From Nageia nagi (taxonomy: Eukaryota > Plantae > Pinophyta): 64,000 nt of DNA. The stretch lies in the NCBI GenBank assembly GCA_050084985.1, contig JBITNC010000002.1, positions 18,662,001 through 18,726,000 on the forward strand. Direction: 5' to 3'. How positions within the stretch are numbered: the first letter of the stretch is position 1; each line of letters starts with the position of its first letter. Positions 27,555 to 43,345 of this stretch are shown here, one piece after another. The translations under genes were made by a program, and so were the position numbers. Below the pieces are notes generated by a model that was given only the letters and a program-made list of their open reading frames with translations, searched no databases and was not told the origin of the DNA.

Positions 27555-30500
27555 CATTATTTAAATAACAAAAAAATTCCAAAAACTTTCATATTAGCTA
27601 GAGCACGAGTTGCCATTTTTTTTCCAAAGTTTGAAGTTTTATTTTTAAAATATATGTTAAACCAATTGGCCTCCTACCATAGTTTGATATTTGAATGCAT
27701 TTTAAATAATAATATGGTGCATTCTAATTATTGTTTTTAAATAACATACTATGTTTTAATTTGTATGCCTCAAAAGATGGTGTATGCTATTTTTTTTTAA
27801 ACATCTTATACTTTATTTACATACCTTAAAATATATTAATAACATGGTGCTTAGTTTAATATTTTTTATTACCCATTGTTAAATGTTATTAATTTATGCA
27901 ATGTTAAAGTATCAATGATGCCTAAAAAAATTTAGCATATACCTTGGCTCACTTCTCTTACAAAGTCTTATGTAATATACAAAATGCAAATAGACATAAT
28001 CCTTTTGTAGTTATATGCTAAAAAATTCAAATTCAACAAAAAAATGGAATAAGATATTTAATTTCATATTAAGTATTTATTTTCTCTCTAAGGCATGCTT
28101 AATCACATTTATAAACTTACCTTAGGACCTTCATTCACAACCCTATCCAAGGTTAACTATGTACTTGTCATCAACTAAAAAGAGGTTAAGTGAGTAATAT
28201 TTCATTTTAAAGATTAAAAATAACAGTTAAATAGAATTAATAATTTTTTATCAATAAGACTAAATTATTCATCCTACTTAGGTATTATATCATCAATCCA
28301 AAGTACACACCATCTGACCAGTTATAATGCATCATAGTAATGGATTTAAAAAGATTAGTTCATACATAGAATATTTATAATACTCATATTTATTTTAACT
28401 CCTCTCCAAGCCTTATAAGAAAACTTAATCTAGTCTTAATTAAGAGTACTAATCAAGTATTTAAATAAGCTTATCAAAATGGGTTGTTAAAGATGGAATC
28501 TAAAAGAGATGCCTACTATATTTCAAAGAGAGATAAAATTGGAAAGTAGGATTAGATAAACTATTTACCAATGTGAAGACTCTAAAAAATAAAACTTCAT
28601 GTTAAATAGATCCATTTGGATTCCAAATAAGAAGCCTATATTGTTTCTAGATATCGATCCTAAATTTGAATAGGTGATGAGATACACTACTATTGATTCA
28701 ATTTATTAATCATAAGAAGATAGGAGGAAAGCCATACACTACCATGTTTATATTTATAGTTAAGAATTTATGTGTCTCGATATCATTATTGTTATTTCCA
28801 CCAAGGTTATGGAGGAGAGACTCCAATTTTATGTAGCATGGTTAAAGATATATTTTAGTTTATTGTTTGAAAGGTATCCTTATTTGAAATATCAAGATTG
28901 AAAGTAGACTTAAGATTTTCCCTAGATAAATAGTCCTTAGTAGAGAAAAACAAAGTATTTACCATTATTTATATCCTCAATTTATAAGTTTTTATAGAAT
29001 GAATATGACATATCTAATAAACTTTGATTCTATATAGAGTTCAAATAAGAGACCACCAAAGGCTAAAAAATTAAGTTATAGCATATTTGTAAAAATATAC
29101 CATTATTAAATAATTTATAGTTTGATTTCTTCCAATGGTTTTTAAATATATTTAATAAAAAAGTATCCATTTATCCATATAACAATGAGGACAGCAAGAA
29201 GAGAGGGAAAAACATTCCTTTAAAATAATTTCACTCATAAGGAGAAGCAAAATTAATACAATACTTATATTACTACAATCTAAAATACATATATTGTTTA
29301 AATTGTTTAGAGAGGAACCAAATATTGTATGTGAATCTTTAAAACTTAGAACATAGAGAAGGAATTCACCATAGAAAAATTATTAAAAAAAAAAAAAAAA
29401 CATATTTTCTAAATATTGATAATAGGTAGCAAAGGGAACACACCAAAAAAATAATACACATGAGTTGAACTTAATATTTTACAACAATTTAAATTTTTTT
29501 TAACTAGACGTATTTTTTTAGTCATCTACTAAGATAATTTAGATTCCACATATTGTATAACATATTACTAAAGGTAGAGAAAAATGAATGTTGAGGAATT
29601 GAAATATCTCTCTTGTGTCGATCAATTATCATTGGAATTGAGATAACCACTCAAGATGAAACTAGTGGTAATAAACAATTTTGTTCTATTGAATGCTTGA
29701 GATCAAAACAAAAAAAAATATAAGCATTCAATTTCCTAATTAAAAAATACTTTTTCTTCTACAAGAGTAACGAAAAAACCATTTTTATGGTGCTCATTAA
29801 ATAATTGAGAAATATTGTTGGGAAAAAAATTATTTAACTATATTAAAAAAGTTTGATAAGTTAGAAGGTAATTGAAACTATAATAACATAAAGTGAAGTA
29901 GTAAAATGAAAACCTTGAAGGATAGAGTAAAAATTTGCTATTTCTTTTTATTAAAATTTTATTATATAAACTATATTAGGAGCATTGAAAAAATTATTTA
30001 TTTTTTATTTTAATAAGTCTTCTACCAAAGCTCAAAGTTGTAAACATGATACAAATAAAAATACTATACAATTTGATCATACACTTTGTTTAAAATAATA
30101 TTTATAAGAAAAATAAGGTTGAATAAATTATCTAATTGATTCTATACCTTCCTAGACAATAAAATTACTTTCAATCATATATCTATCATGGATATAACTT
30201 ATCTACTCTAGTATAATGATCAATGGGAGTAAGTGTTTTAGATATAGAGCTAAAGCTTGACATATAAAATATTTAGCAACATTGTTAACCTCTAGTAATT
30301 AATTATGGATCTCCAAAACTAAGAGTTAATTCAACATTCCTTTTACTAACAATAGGGCCAAGGGAACCAATAGCCATGGTTTCTTAATAAATATGAAATA
30401 AGTTTAGACCCACTATATCCCATAGTGATAAGTAAAATTTATTTTATACTCAACATCCCAATCAAATAAGTATTATATATGAAAGTTCATCATATTAATA

Positions 30501-30726
30501 AAGAAAGAGTGTCTAGCTTACTATATAAGATAGTTTTATGAGATTATACAATATTTCATAAAAATTAAATATTGTTATGAAAGCTTGCAAGTCTTGCAAA
30601 ACTTGATTAGTTCTTTCTTATGATTGATTTCATAGCTTCCTAAAATATTATATTCATGGTCATGTTACTCTAATTAACATTTTTATAAGCCACTTATATT
30701 ACAATATTAGTGATAGGATAAAACTT

Positions 30727-30803
30727 GTGTATTTTTTCATGATGATAGAAAAGTCAAATAAAAAGTGTATTTTTGCATGATGATAGAAAAGTCAAATAAA
30801 AAA
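30727..30803. repeat. Short tandem duplication (~38 bp x2)
   Basis: GTGTATTTTT(T/G)CATGATGATAGAAAAGTCAAATAAAAA repeated directly. Confidence 0.85.
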
Positions 30804-31199
30804 TTAAATAATATCATTTTCTAATTAAAGAATAAGATAGTACAAATCTAACAACTATATACTTATTAGGATATCAAATAAACATTTCTCAATTATTTTC
30901 TACCAAAGTTGTGAAACCAATCATAAACATATGCTAGTGAAGTTTTTTTAAGCTTTAAAAGCAATATGTTATCATGATTACATTACTCTAATAAAAAATT
31001 GAAACCAATTTAAGTATAATATTAGTGATGGGATCAAACTCGTTTATTTGTACCTAAGGAAAGAAGAGTTGAAAAATATTAAATTATCATATTTTATAAT
31101 TAAAAATTGATTGCAATATAAATAGAATAATAATTATTAGTAATTAGTATATAATATTTTATTTTATTTTATTATAATAGGTAAATTTATTATCAAAAA

Positions 31200-32020
31200 A
31201 GTATGTGGTTTTAACAGGGTCTCAAAACTTATCATAAAAAATCATTATGTGTGTATGCTAAAGATCACAAACAAGAGTCATTCCTATTGATACTCATTTA
31301 AGGCTATTAGTAGCTATAATACAGCCAATATCCTTATGGAATTCTTCCTTCAATTACTCCATTTGGATCTTTATCCTATCCATTACTCATAATTGAGCAT
31401 TCAAAGTCTAGCTATGTGAGCAAGTTGATCATCTCTTAGTGCTTCTAAAGGTCTAGCCTCATACATATCAAAATATTCTCTTTTGATGCTCTAATAACTT
31501 TTTTATAGGATTTTGAATGCTACTTGTCTTTACTCCTTGAAGATCCTAGTATTCCTCTCTTTCTAAATACTCTAGCACAAATGTGATAGAATCATGCTCT
31601 TGACCTATTTGTACTTACTCTTTTTGCTACCTACATTCCTAGCCCATTGAAGTTTTGCTTTTGTTAATATTGTTTCTCATATGTGGCTAGCAAATTAATA
31701 ATGAATCATTAAATATTCATATCACTCCTCTTTTTACCTAAAAAGGATGAACCAATTCGAAAATATCATTCCTTTCTTCCTTAAGTTATCATTAGTGTAG
31801 ATGTGGTTAAGAGAAACTCTCCATGTAAAATAGGCTATTTTGGGTATTAGTTTCTATAGCCAAATAGATTTCCATAAGCCTTCCATATTATATTTTTAAT
31901 TGCTATTCAACCAATTATAGCCAATTCTTACAAAGAATTCTTTTTACCTATCTCGGGTTCCATCCATCACAAAACATCAAAATTTTTTGTAGCATCAACT
32001 TCGTATGAGGTAATATTGCC
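31200..32020 (-). mobile_element. L1-type LINE ORF2 3' fragment (zf-RVT)
   Basis: Minus strand reads GLWKSIWL*KLIPKIAYFTWRVSLNHIYTNDNLRKKGM (~31770-31885), with a decayed IWKERNTRIF near 31540-31575. Confidence 0.7.
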
Positions 32021-32065
32021 CAATCTACCTATATATGTATACTGCAATAGAGCATTGTTGTACTT

Positions 32066-33616
32066 TGTAGTTCTATTTGTAGACATTATTTTGTAAATAT
32101 AAGTATAAATTTGTTATTTGTGTATAATAGAATTTCTTTCCATGAATTAATCAAAGCTTAAGCATAAGGAAAATGAATAATTCTTCATACTGAAAAAAGA
32201 AAGAGGAGTTATCAAGGCACTCATAGAGTGAAAGACATTCAAAATATTCAAGTTTGGAAGTGCATAATAGGTGACATCAAGATTCAAAGGGTGGAATATC
32301 GATGAATACAACAACTAAAATAGATGAATGTTAGGGTGTAATAAGGTGTTGACATCAATATTTATTAAAAGTATCCAAGTTTGGGATAATGAGAATGCTA
32401 ATTCAAACCAATGTAAGAAAAAGCTCCACTAAAGTAAAACAACAAGGGTCTTGAAAGTCTTCCTTGAATGGCATTAGCATCCACCATATGGCAGCTCAAC
32501 TACAAAGATGATAAATGACAAGTCCAAGCAAACAATAGATTGATGTCATTGGAATCATGGAAGTGAATTTTAACCTAGTTATGAGGATCACAATGGAATC
32601 ATCAACATGGTATTTAATACCTAATAAGGATTCAAAGCTAATGTTTAAAGGTAGAAAAGACACACAAGAGCCTAAATAATTAGTTAATTAAGGTTATGAT
32701 ATCAACAAGATTTCCACAACCAATTTTGAATGATTCCAGGTAAAAGATGGTAATGACATTAGCAACTTAAAGTTTCATATAAAAAAGGAAGTAGAAGCTA
32801 AAGTTGAAATTAGGTATAACATGTAAAAGCTTAAATGTATAATCAAATCATCAAGCGATATTACCAAAGTGACCCTGAATGAAGGATACATAGTTACAGT
32901 TGCAGTAACTATTTCAGGAATTAATCGAAGAAGATGAACAATAAGAGAGCACAACTAGATCAATGAAACCATGTATGAAGGGGACACTTTAATATTCGAA
33001 AGGATTTATGCAAATAATAATTCTAGTTTCCTTTAAAGGTTAGCATTAATGTAAGAGGTCGATAGTCCTTAGCAGTAGTTAGAGCTTAAGGTTAGTTAAG
33101 TTATTTTAATGCAATTTTTCTTATAAATACATGGAAAATGAATGTAATAAGAGTATGAAATTTATGTGTGTTCCCTCTACAATGTTACTAAAGGTATTTT
33201 TTGAATACAAGGATTACATGTTTGAACATTTTTCAATTATTTTTCTATGTATGTCCTTAAATTATTATGTATTCTTTTGTGTACTCTTCATGGCCTACTG
33301 GGTGAATGTTATATTTGACTAGGATAGCTCAAGGTGATATGATTTATGGTTGTTGATTTGCATTTCCTTCCAACCATTCTCTTTGAGGAAGCCTATGCTA
33401 GTCAAGGGTGTTCATTGTAGTTACTTTCATGCACTCTTTATCTTTTATTTATTAATTGTAGTCTACACTTTCAGATAGTAATGTAGTAGATCTTCCCATG
33501 AGGAGATTCTATCCCAATGATAAGGTATTGACCTTCATACTGAAGGTTGAACTATGAAAATTATTTTATCCTTAGTGAATTGATTAATTATTATTTTTAA
33601 AAACATGAATACTACA
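32066..33616 (+). mobile_element. Possible solo LTR (~1.55 kb)
   Basis: TGTAGT...ACTACA termini, repeated GACATCAA/GATTCAAAG motifs, TATAAATA at ~33122. TSD only 3/5 (TACTT/TAATA). Confidence 0.35.
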
Positions 33617-33871
33617 TAATATCAATCAATAATTACTTTTCTAGCATGCTTGATGGGACCACATCATGCCCTCTTATAAGGATATAAGGTATGGTTGGAT
33701 CTTATTGGAAACTCTATAAGAAACAAGGTTAATTACATTCATTATTACTATTCAAAATATGATTAACTTTGGGAAAGAAAAAAATATGTTCACTTTCTAG
33801 ATCTTGCCCTCCTATTCCTCATCTTCTAACTGAATTCGACCTCTACCAGTTAACTAGGGGTGGATATTATA

Positions 33872-34595
33872 TGTTGAGTGTGGAGCCTAATTTGGATTAG
33901 TTTTCTAAATTCTCTCTATTTTTATCCCAATCAATATATCAATTAGTATGGTCAATTAAAAATCTGATCAGAGGTAGTCGATGTACCAATCAAGTGTTAG
34001 GTGGTAGTGGAAGCATTACTTAGTAGTCAGTCATATCCTATCTAGTCAACTAGTGGTAATCGATCTATATCATATTGATTGTAAAATAGGGAGCACTAAA
34101 TTTGGGTAGTCCAAATTATTCTCAATCTAACCATTATTTCTTAGTTGGGGGCTACACAAGATATAGTGGGTTACCCCATGAATTCCTTGACCAATTTGGG
34201 TTAAACTTGAGTTAGTTTTCCATCTATAAGTAGGGGTGTTTTGTTTGAGTTTTTGTATGATAGTTTTTAGCATTTTTTTTAGTGTTGATTTTGATATTGT
34301 ACTTGTTGGGAGTTTGAGAGATATTTGTAGTAAGGTGTTTTTGTACTCTAAAGTGAAGGTTGAGGAAAGGTTATATTATTACTTTTTTTTTTTGAGGACT
34401 TGGAGAATTGATAATTGTAAAGGATAGAAAGATTATCTGTGAAGTATCCCATATTTGGTGAACCATGTTAAACCTCTTATCTCTAATTTTGTATGATTGT
34501 TACTTGCCATTTTTTTAATATTTTATTACTTCTTTTTCCAAGAAGTAGGAGGTCTTTCTATGATCAATATTATATTAAATTGATTAAACCTAACA
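33872..34595 (+). repeat. 5' LTR of copia A
   Basis: TGTTG...TAACA, followed by the PBS; aligns to 46099-46828. Confidence 0.9.
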
Positions 34596-34937
34596 AGTGG
34601 TATCAAATCTTATTGTATTGTTAGGTTTTTATTGGTGAATCTTATTTATAGATTGGAACCAAGAGTAGCATATTATAGAATAAGGGATGATGAAGGTTGA
34701 ATGGTTCAATGGGTAAGCATTTGAGTTTTGGAGAATGCAAATGGAAGACTACCTCTTCCAAAAAGGCCTCTACCAACCTCTTGAAGATAAGAGTAAGAAT
34801 TCATCATTCGTAAGTGATGAAGAGTAGAATTTGTTAGATACAAAGGCTTTGGGGACTATTAGAATTTATTTAATTTTTGGTGAAAAATAACAAAAGGTCT
34901 AATGGAAAAACTTGCTAAGTAGAATGTATATAAAATT

Positions 34938-37900
34938 TGAAGACTACCAAGGCATAAAACCAACTTAATTTCACTCAAAACTCCTAAGTTGGTGCTTACT
35001 ATTTTATCTTTTACATTATAGTATGAGAACTAGTTTCTTATAGATTGATTATTAGATCGGCCAATTGGTTACAAAACTATTGTTTAGACTAGATAACCAG
35101 CTTGTTGATTAGTTATGGGCATTATCTTTTTTTTGAAAGTTTGTCTCTTCATTTTTGCTTTATGTTGAATGTATTTATCCTTCATTCTAGTGTGTAAAGG
35201 TTATTAGAATGTGTTATCAATATTATATGCAAGTTTATGGGTATTCTATGAGTTTGTGAGATTCCATTGATGAATTCATTATTTGATTTGAAATGCAAAA
35301 TAGTTTTGCTATTGATTTAGTTGAGTAGTTCACTTATTTTCGTGTTCTTAATAACTTCATTTGGTATGAGAGCATCATTGGATTAGTTTGGATTCAAGAA
35401 GTTTTTCCAAGAAGGAGAAGAAAGTATAGTAATCAAGTCAAAATAATTCCCATTCTAGATTTTGATGGGATTGAATATGAGTATTGTAGTGTCCAAATGA
35501 AGATTATCTTGAAGGGAAAAGGCTACTGGGATATTCTAGAAGCTAGCTATAGTGATCCCACATGTTAGAGGTCCTTGAGTGGAGATGAAAAGGAGGCAAA
35601 TGAGAGAGAAGCAAAATTCTATGGCTCTTTTTTTCATTCATAAGGCTATAGAAAAGAGATTTTTCTAATAATCTTAGCATGTGTATCAGTCCAAGAAGCA
35701 TGGGAAATATTGAGAGAAAGCTCTAAGGGAGCATGAAGGTGAAAGAAGTGAAGCTCCAAACATTGAGAAGGGAATTCAAAAATTTGAAACAAGAATCTAA
35801 AGAGATTCCTAGAGATTATTATGTGAGAGTGAAAGCCATAGTTAATAAATTGGCCACTTTAGGAGAGAAGATTAAGAACAAGGTTTTCATCAAGAAAGTA
35901 TTGAGGCTATTGATAGAAACATATGATACTTATGCACTCATAATTGAGGAAAAAAAATATCTTTCAACCATGAAAATTGATCATTTAATTGGCTCTCTTA
36001 TATCTCATGATTATATAATGTTAAAATAAGCAAAAATAATAGTAACCAACAATGATGAGCACGTATTTCCCATCAAATAAAATGAAGGTCAAGGAAGAGG
36101 ATAAGGTAGAGGCTCAAGAGGAGGAGGTAGATCTAGAAGAGGTGGAAGAAGAGGCTCTTTTAAAAGAAGTAGTGGTAGAGAATAGAGTTTTGAAAAAGAA
36201 CCAACTTATGCAACAAGGGGAAAACACTCTAGAAAGAAGGTGGAAAAGGTAAAGATGAGAGAAATTTGCAATATTATTACCATAATAAATTTGGCAATTT
36301 TGAACATGAGTGTGGATTGAAGCAAGAAAATGAAGGTAACTATGCCCACTATGGAGAATAAGAGCCAAGATATGGACAAGAACATTTTTCTTCTCAATTG
36401 AAAAACCCTAAACTCTTGAAAATGAGACTTGGATCTTGGATAATGGATACAAAAACTGCATGATCAGAGAATAGTCATTACTTTCTACACTTGATTTTTG
36501 TTACAAGTAAATTTTTAAGTCAGGATATGATAATAGCTTAAAGATTGTTGGCAAAGGAGAAATTCAAGTACTAACAAATAAGGTAACCATGACGGTAATG
36601 GATATATACTATACTTAGGATTTGAAAAAATGTTTGTTAAGTATTATTGACCAAATGCTTGAGAAGAATTACAAATGGATGTTTAAAGATAGGATGTATA
36701 AAACATAATATAAAATCAATGGTCAAAGGCTTGTAACTACTATTCACATGACTAGAAATAAAATATTTCTAGTGAAGTTTCTTGAGAAGGATGGAGCTAG
36801 CTTTATTTTTGTGGTAATTGAAGATAAAAATTCACTTTGGCACATGAGGCTTGGGAACTTGAATTGTCAGAGTTTGAATATCCTTCCATAAATGGTGAGA
36901 GGGATGCCATAAGTAGAAGATTCCAAATAAGTGTATGAGGTATGTGTACTTGTAAAGGAAGCAAGGAGCAAGTTTCCAAAGGAAGAAGCATGGAGATCAA
37001 AATACCCTCTCTAATTGGTGCATACAGACATTTACGAGACTATGAAAACCCAAAGTTTTAGTAAATATTCTTACTTTATCACTTTCATTGATGATTTTAG
37101 TAGAATGTGTTGGAATTACTTCATTAAAATTAAATATGAGTCATTTGACTATTTTAAAGAGTTCAATGTTTTTTTGAGAAGCAAAGTGCCTATCATATGA
37201 AGTGTTTGAGAAGTGATAGAGGAGGAGAGTATTGTAGTAATGAATTATTTTAGTATTGAAAAGATAATGGAATTAGAAAACATATCACCTCTTCTACACA
37301 CCACAACAAAATGGTGTCGCCGAAAGGAAAAATAGAACTTTGGTTGAGATGGAAAGAAGCATGATGCAAAGTGAGAAATTATCCAATATTTATTGGACTA
37401 AAGTAGTGAGAATAATTGTGTATATTTTGAATAGGTCTTTTACAGGAATATTTGATAACATTACTCCATATGAAGCTTTGTCTAAGAGAAAATTAAATTT
37501 ACAACATTTGGAGGATTTTGGTTATCTTGCAAATTTAGAAGCATGTGTGCTTATATGATAATTGTGAGCATTACAAATAGTAAGACCATTATCTCAAGAG
37601 ATTCCATTTTTGATGAAGGGAGAGAGTATTGTAATAAAAAATTGCAACAAAAAGTATTTTTAGAAGAGAGTTTGGAGGAGAAGACATCATCAAATCCTTA
37701 GTCTAGCCATGTTGTACCTCATAAAATTAAAGTTCATCCATAAATTCTTAGTGTTTCAAGATCACCAAGAACTTCTAGGTACACTAAGTTTGCCTAATGG
37801 AAGAGTGATGAACCAAGGCAATAAAGGTAAGAGATGGTTCAAGGATCACCCACCAAGTTAAATTATTAATGGTAACACCATGAGACTAATTATAAAGATG

Positions 37901-40036
37901 CAAACATAGCAAATGCAAAATTTAGTCACAAGGCTAAAAAATATTTAGCTCTGTGGAGATGAATATAATGGAGAACCAAAAGGTGAAATGGTAAACTATG
38001 CACTTTAATCTTTGAGTTCAAATTACAATCCTATTTTAAAAGATACAATTAATGTTTAGACATCTTGTTATGAAAAAGCTTGTTCTAACATTATTTTGAT
38101 GTAAGCTATGAAAGATGAGATTAATGAAATTAAAAGAAATGATACTTGGGAACTTTGTGAGTTTCCTAAAGGTCAAAACATTTTTGGTTCCAAGTGGGTG
38201 TACAAGATAAAATGTAAAAGTGATGTTAGCATTGAAAGAAAAAAATAAAGGTTAGTTGCAAAAGGATTCACACAATAATATAGTGTGGATTTTGAGAAGA
38301 TATTTCCACATGTAGTAAGATAAGAAATAATAAGGTTAGTTCTCTCTTTAGCAACAAGAAAGAATTGGGTAGTTCATCACATGAATATAAAGAGTACCTT
38401 CCTTAATGGGTACATCTATGAAGAGGTGTATGTAGCTCAACCTCAAGGCTTTTAGGTTCAAGAAAAACCAAACCAAGTGTATAAGCTCAACAAGGTATTA
38501 TATGGGTTGAAGCAAGCTCCAAGAGCTTGGTACACAAGAATAGATGGATACTTAAAAAGTGTGGGCTTTCAAAGAAGTGTGAGTAACCTAATATTTATTT
38601 TAAAAAATATGGATATGATATTTTAATTGTTTATTTGTATGTAGATGAATTAATTTTCATGGGAAGTAATAGCAAGATGAATGAATCATTTAAAGCTCAA
38701 ATGATGGATGAGCTTGAAATGATAGATCTTGGTTTGATGAGCTACATACTTAGATTGGAAGTGCATCAAATAAATGAAGAGATATTTGTGTGCCAATAAA
38801 AATATGCATATGACATGTTGAAGAAATTTTTAATGTATAATTTCATTTATGTTCTAAACACCTACAGCCCATGGAGAACACCTTTACAAATATGATGAAA
38901 TACCCAAGGTAAAAAAGAAAGGAGTTTAGAAGTATTTTTGGAAGTATCATATTTATAACAAATACAAGATTGGATTTGAAATTTAGTGTTTTATTAGTTG
39001 CAAGATACATGAGTGATCCATCCATTATCCATGTCAAGGAAATGAAAAGAATACTTATGTATGTGAAGGGGATAATCAATTTTGAAACATATTACTCATA
39101 TAATTCCAAGTTCAAGCTCATTGGTTTTAGTGATAAAGATTGGGATAGTGATTTAGATAATAGAAAGAGCATAAGTGGGAATTACTTCTCTCTTAGATCT
39201 AGTTTGCTGTAATGGAGCTCAAGAAAATAATCCATTGTAGCTCTTTCAAGTATTGAAGCTAAGTATATTACAATTACAAGTGCATCAACATAAGCATTAT
39301 GGTTAAGGATAATATTGAAGGTGATTGGAGATGAGCAAAAGCAAGTAATTTTGAATTTTTATGAAAACCAAGGTGTCATCAAATTGGTACAAAACCATGT
39401 TCATCATTTTAGAACCAAGTACTTTAATTTGAAGAATCATTACATCAGGGATATGGTGGATAAAGGGCTAGTTACATTGAGGTATTATCCAAATCAAGTA
39501 GATCAAGTGGAGGATATCTTTACCAAAGTAGTGGCTAAAACTCAATTTATGTTGCTAATAGACTTGATTGTTGGCCCTCTTACCAATAAGGAGTATGAAG
39601 AATACCAAGGTATAACAACAACTTAATTGAAATCAAAACTCCCAAAGTGATGCTTATTATTTTATCTTTCATGTTGCATCCTAGGAATCTATTTCTTACA
39701 AACTCACTAACCAGTTATAGAACCGACCTACCAGTTAGATAACTAGCGTATTGGCTAATTCTAAGTATTACATTTTTAAAAAAAAGTTTATCTCTTCATT
39801 TTTTCTTAGTGAGTATAATATGAATTGAAAAATTAGGTCATATTTAGCTTGTTGGATGTATTTATCCTTTATTTCAATATGTAAAGGTTGTTGGAGTATG
39901 TTCTCAATAATATATGCAAGTTTATGGGTTTTCTGATCTTCCATTGATGCATGCATTATTTCCTTTGCATTGCATAATATTTTTTGCATTAATTTAGTTG
40001 ATTAGTTCACTTATTTGTTTATTATTAATAACTTCA
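34938..40036 (+). mobile_element. Full-length decayed Ty1/copia element B nested in the gag of A
   Basis: LTRs 34938-35359 and 39596-40036 (TGAAG...CTTCA). PBS TGGTATGAGAGC at 35362. Splits the host gag motif MY(E)KP|PS(A)S; decayed TSD AAATT/TAACC. gag, protease, integrase ([16 protein letters not shown]), RT (YGLKQAPRAWY, LYVDEL) and RNase H motifs are in copia order. Confidence 0.92.
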
Positions 40037-43000
40037 TAACCATCTACCTCAAAAAAAGTATATTTGATGAAAAACATGTTTAACATGAAGATGAATGAAG
40101 GTAGTTTCATCCAAGATCATGTTAATGAGTTTAATATCATAAAAAACAACTATGTTCAATCAATATTAAGTTTTAAGATGAAATGATATCTTTGTTAATA
40201 TTGTGTTCTCTTTCAAATAGTTGGAAAAGCTTTGTCATGGCTATTAGTAACTCTTCTTCTAATGCAAAATTGGTCTTTGATGAAAGTGCTAGAATAATAC
40301 TAAGTGAATATATGAGAAGAAGGTATATAGGTGAAATTTCTAATGCTTCTCTCATGGTGGAGACAAGAATAAGATCAAAGAAAAGAATAAGAAGAAATTA
40401 AATAGGAAAATCCAAGGGGATATCATAATGAAGAGGTAAAAGGGCCACATTAAAAAGGATTTTTGGAATAAAGAAGGAAAAGAAGTATAAGGTAGTAATA
40501 ATAATGAAGTTGCAAGTAATTAAAAATCAAATATAATTGGTGAGTTATTACAAGATGCTATAATAATGTCTATTGATAAAAATGGTGACTATTGGGTAAT
40601 TGATTTGGGTGCTTCATTTCATTCTACCTCATATAAAAAATATTTCATAAACTATAGAAAAGGTGATTATAGTCAAGTATTATTAGGTAATCCACATACA
40701 TGCAAAATTGTTGGTATTGGTAATATAATAATGAAATTATGTAATGGTGCATAATGGCCTCTTTATGATGCAAGACATATCCTAGATCTTAAAAGAAATC
40801 TTATATCAACAAGTAAATTGGATAAGGAAAGATACATGGTTTTATTCAGTAAAGCTAGTTGGAAGGTAACAAAAGGATCAATGGTAGTTGTAAAGGGAAA
40901 TTTGGTTGCAACTTATTATTTTCTCACAAATATGTTTGATTATGCCATGAATATTGGTTCAATAGGTGAAGATGCAATACTATGGACTAATAGACTTAAG
41001 CACATGAGTGAGAAATATATGAAACTATTACACTATGAATGCTTTCTTCCAAATACAAAAGATATTGATATAGGATTTTATGAAGATTATGTGTATTAGA
41101 AAAAAATAAGAGTAAGTTTTCTAAAAGTTGGAAAATAAAAGAAAAGTCAAAAGTTAGAGTTGGTTTATACAAATGTGTTGGATTCTTCACAAGTTTACTC
41201 ACTTGGTGGCTCATCTTACTTTATCACTTTTATTGATGAGTCTACTAGAAAGACATGGGTGTATTGCATTAAGATTATATATTAGGTGTTTGAAATATTT
41301 TTGGTTTGGAAGGAATTGGTTGAAAATGAAATTAATTTAAAATTAAAATTTATCAAATATGATAATGGTGGTGAATTTTATAATAAAGAGTTTGATAAAT
41401 TTTGTTCATATAATGGTATTAAAAGGATTAAGGTGGTTCTTATAACTCCACAAGAAAATGGGCTTGTAGAAAGAATGATTAAGACTATCTTAGAAAGGGA
41501 AAAAATAATAATGATACATGCAGAATTACCTTTGAATATTTAGACAAATATTTTTAATATTATTATTTACTTGATTAATAGGGTTCCATCTATGGCTTTA
41601 TATGGATGCATTTAAGAAGATATGTGGATAGGTAAATAGATGAAATACTCATTCCTAAGACTCTTTGGTTATGAAGAATTTGCACATGTTGATAAAGAAA
41701 ATAGAAAGAAACTTTAAGCAAATTCACAAAAATTCTACTTCATTAGATATGGTGTTGTTGGTTTGGGTTATAGATTATGGAATGTTAATAATCACAAAAC
41801 ACAAGAAGTCAAGATTTTGTATTCAATGAGAAAAGCACATATGAATAAAGGTTGTAGGTTGTGCAAAAGGAAAGGGAAGAGGAACCTATATTTGTAACTC
41901 TTGATGATAGTGATGAGCATGAGAAACCTAAGTAGCAAGTTAAAGCACTTACACAACAAGAACCCAAAACTACAATTACAAATGTAAGAATATCTTTAAG
42001 CATTATTAAATCTCTTGAATGTTATTCTTATTGTATTTATTATGTGGTTTATATGGATAGTGGTGAACTTGAATGTTTTGATGAAGCCATGCAAACTAGT
42101 ACACGGATTAAGTGGGAGCATGCTATGAAGGAAGAGATGGACTCTTTACTTCAAAACTAAACTTGGAGTTTGGTTAAGCTTTGTATGGGTAAACGTACAC
42201 TTAATGATAAATGGGTGTATTAGTTAAAGGAAGAGGGAGATGGAAAAAAGAGGTACTAGGCAATACTTATGGTAAAAGGTTTTTATCAAAAGAAAGGTAT
42301 AGATTTTGATGAGATCTTTTCTTCGGTTCTAAAAATGACCTCCATTAAAACAATGAGTATTGTTTCTACTAAAAATCTATTTCTTGAACAATTTGATGTA
42401 AAGATAAATTTTCTTCTTAATGACTTGGAGGAGCATATTTATATGCATCAACCTTATGGTTTTGAGGTCAAAGGTAAAGAAGGGTATGTGTGTAAGTTGG
42501 AAAAGATCTTGTACGGCTTCAAACAAGCTCCTAGATAATGGTATCTTAAATTTGACACTTTCATGGAAACAAATGAATTTACTATATGTCAATTATATCA
42601 TTATGTATACTTTAAGAAAACAATAAATGGAAAATATGTTAACTTGCTTTTTTATGTGGATGATATGCTAGTAATAGGATCTATTATGGATTATATAGTT
42701 AATCTTAAGGACACATTAGATAAAAATTTTGTAATAAAGGATTTGGATGAGGCTAAATAAATTGTTGTAATTAAATAAAAATGTAAAAATAAAACTACAT
42801 GCTAAGAACAAGTCAATAAGACTACATTGAAAAGTGCTTAAAAGGTTTAATATAAAGGATGCAAAATTTGTAAGTACACCATTGGCAAAACATTTCAAAC
42901 TCACCAAATATTTAAGTCCTAAGATAGATAAGTAAAAATAGTATATGAATAAGGTTCCTTATGCTTTGAAAATTGGGAGTTTAATGTATACAATGGTGTG

Positions 43001-43228
43001 TACTATACCAAATATAGTGCAAGCAATGGGAGTTGTAAGTAGATTTATGAACAATCTAGGAAAGGATCATTGGATCCTTAGTATTTGAGGGCTATTTAAT
43101 TTTATGTTGATTCTAACATGCCAAGTGATCTTTATGGTGAGAGAAACATTATAGGTTATATATTTACCATTAGTGGTACAATGATTAGTTGGATCTCTAA
43201 GCTCTAATAGGTTGTAGATCTCTCCATT

Positions 43229-43292
43229 GGGTGCATGCAAGAAGATGAGTCCACATAAAGAGGTAGTTTTATGAATTAGAAAACTTTATAAG

Positions 43293-43345
<53 letters not shown>

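Noticed and set aside
28480-28900. Very decayed LINE ORF1-like stretch
   Set aside because: Only faint motif resemblance; cannot be supported without a profile search.
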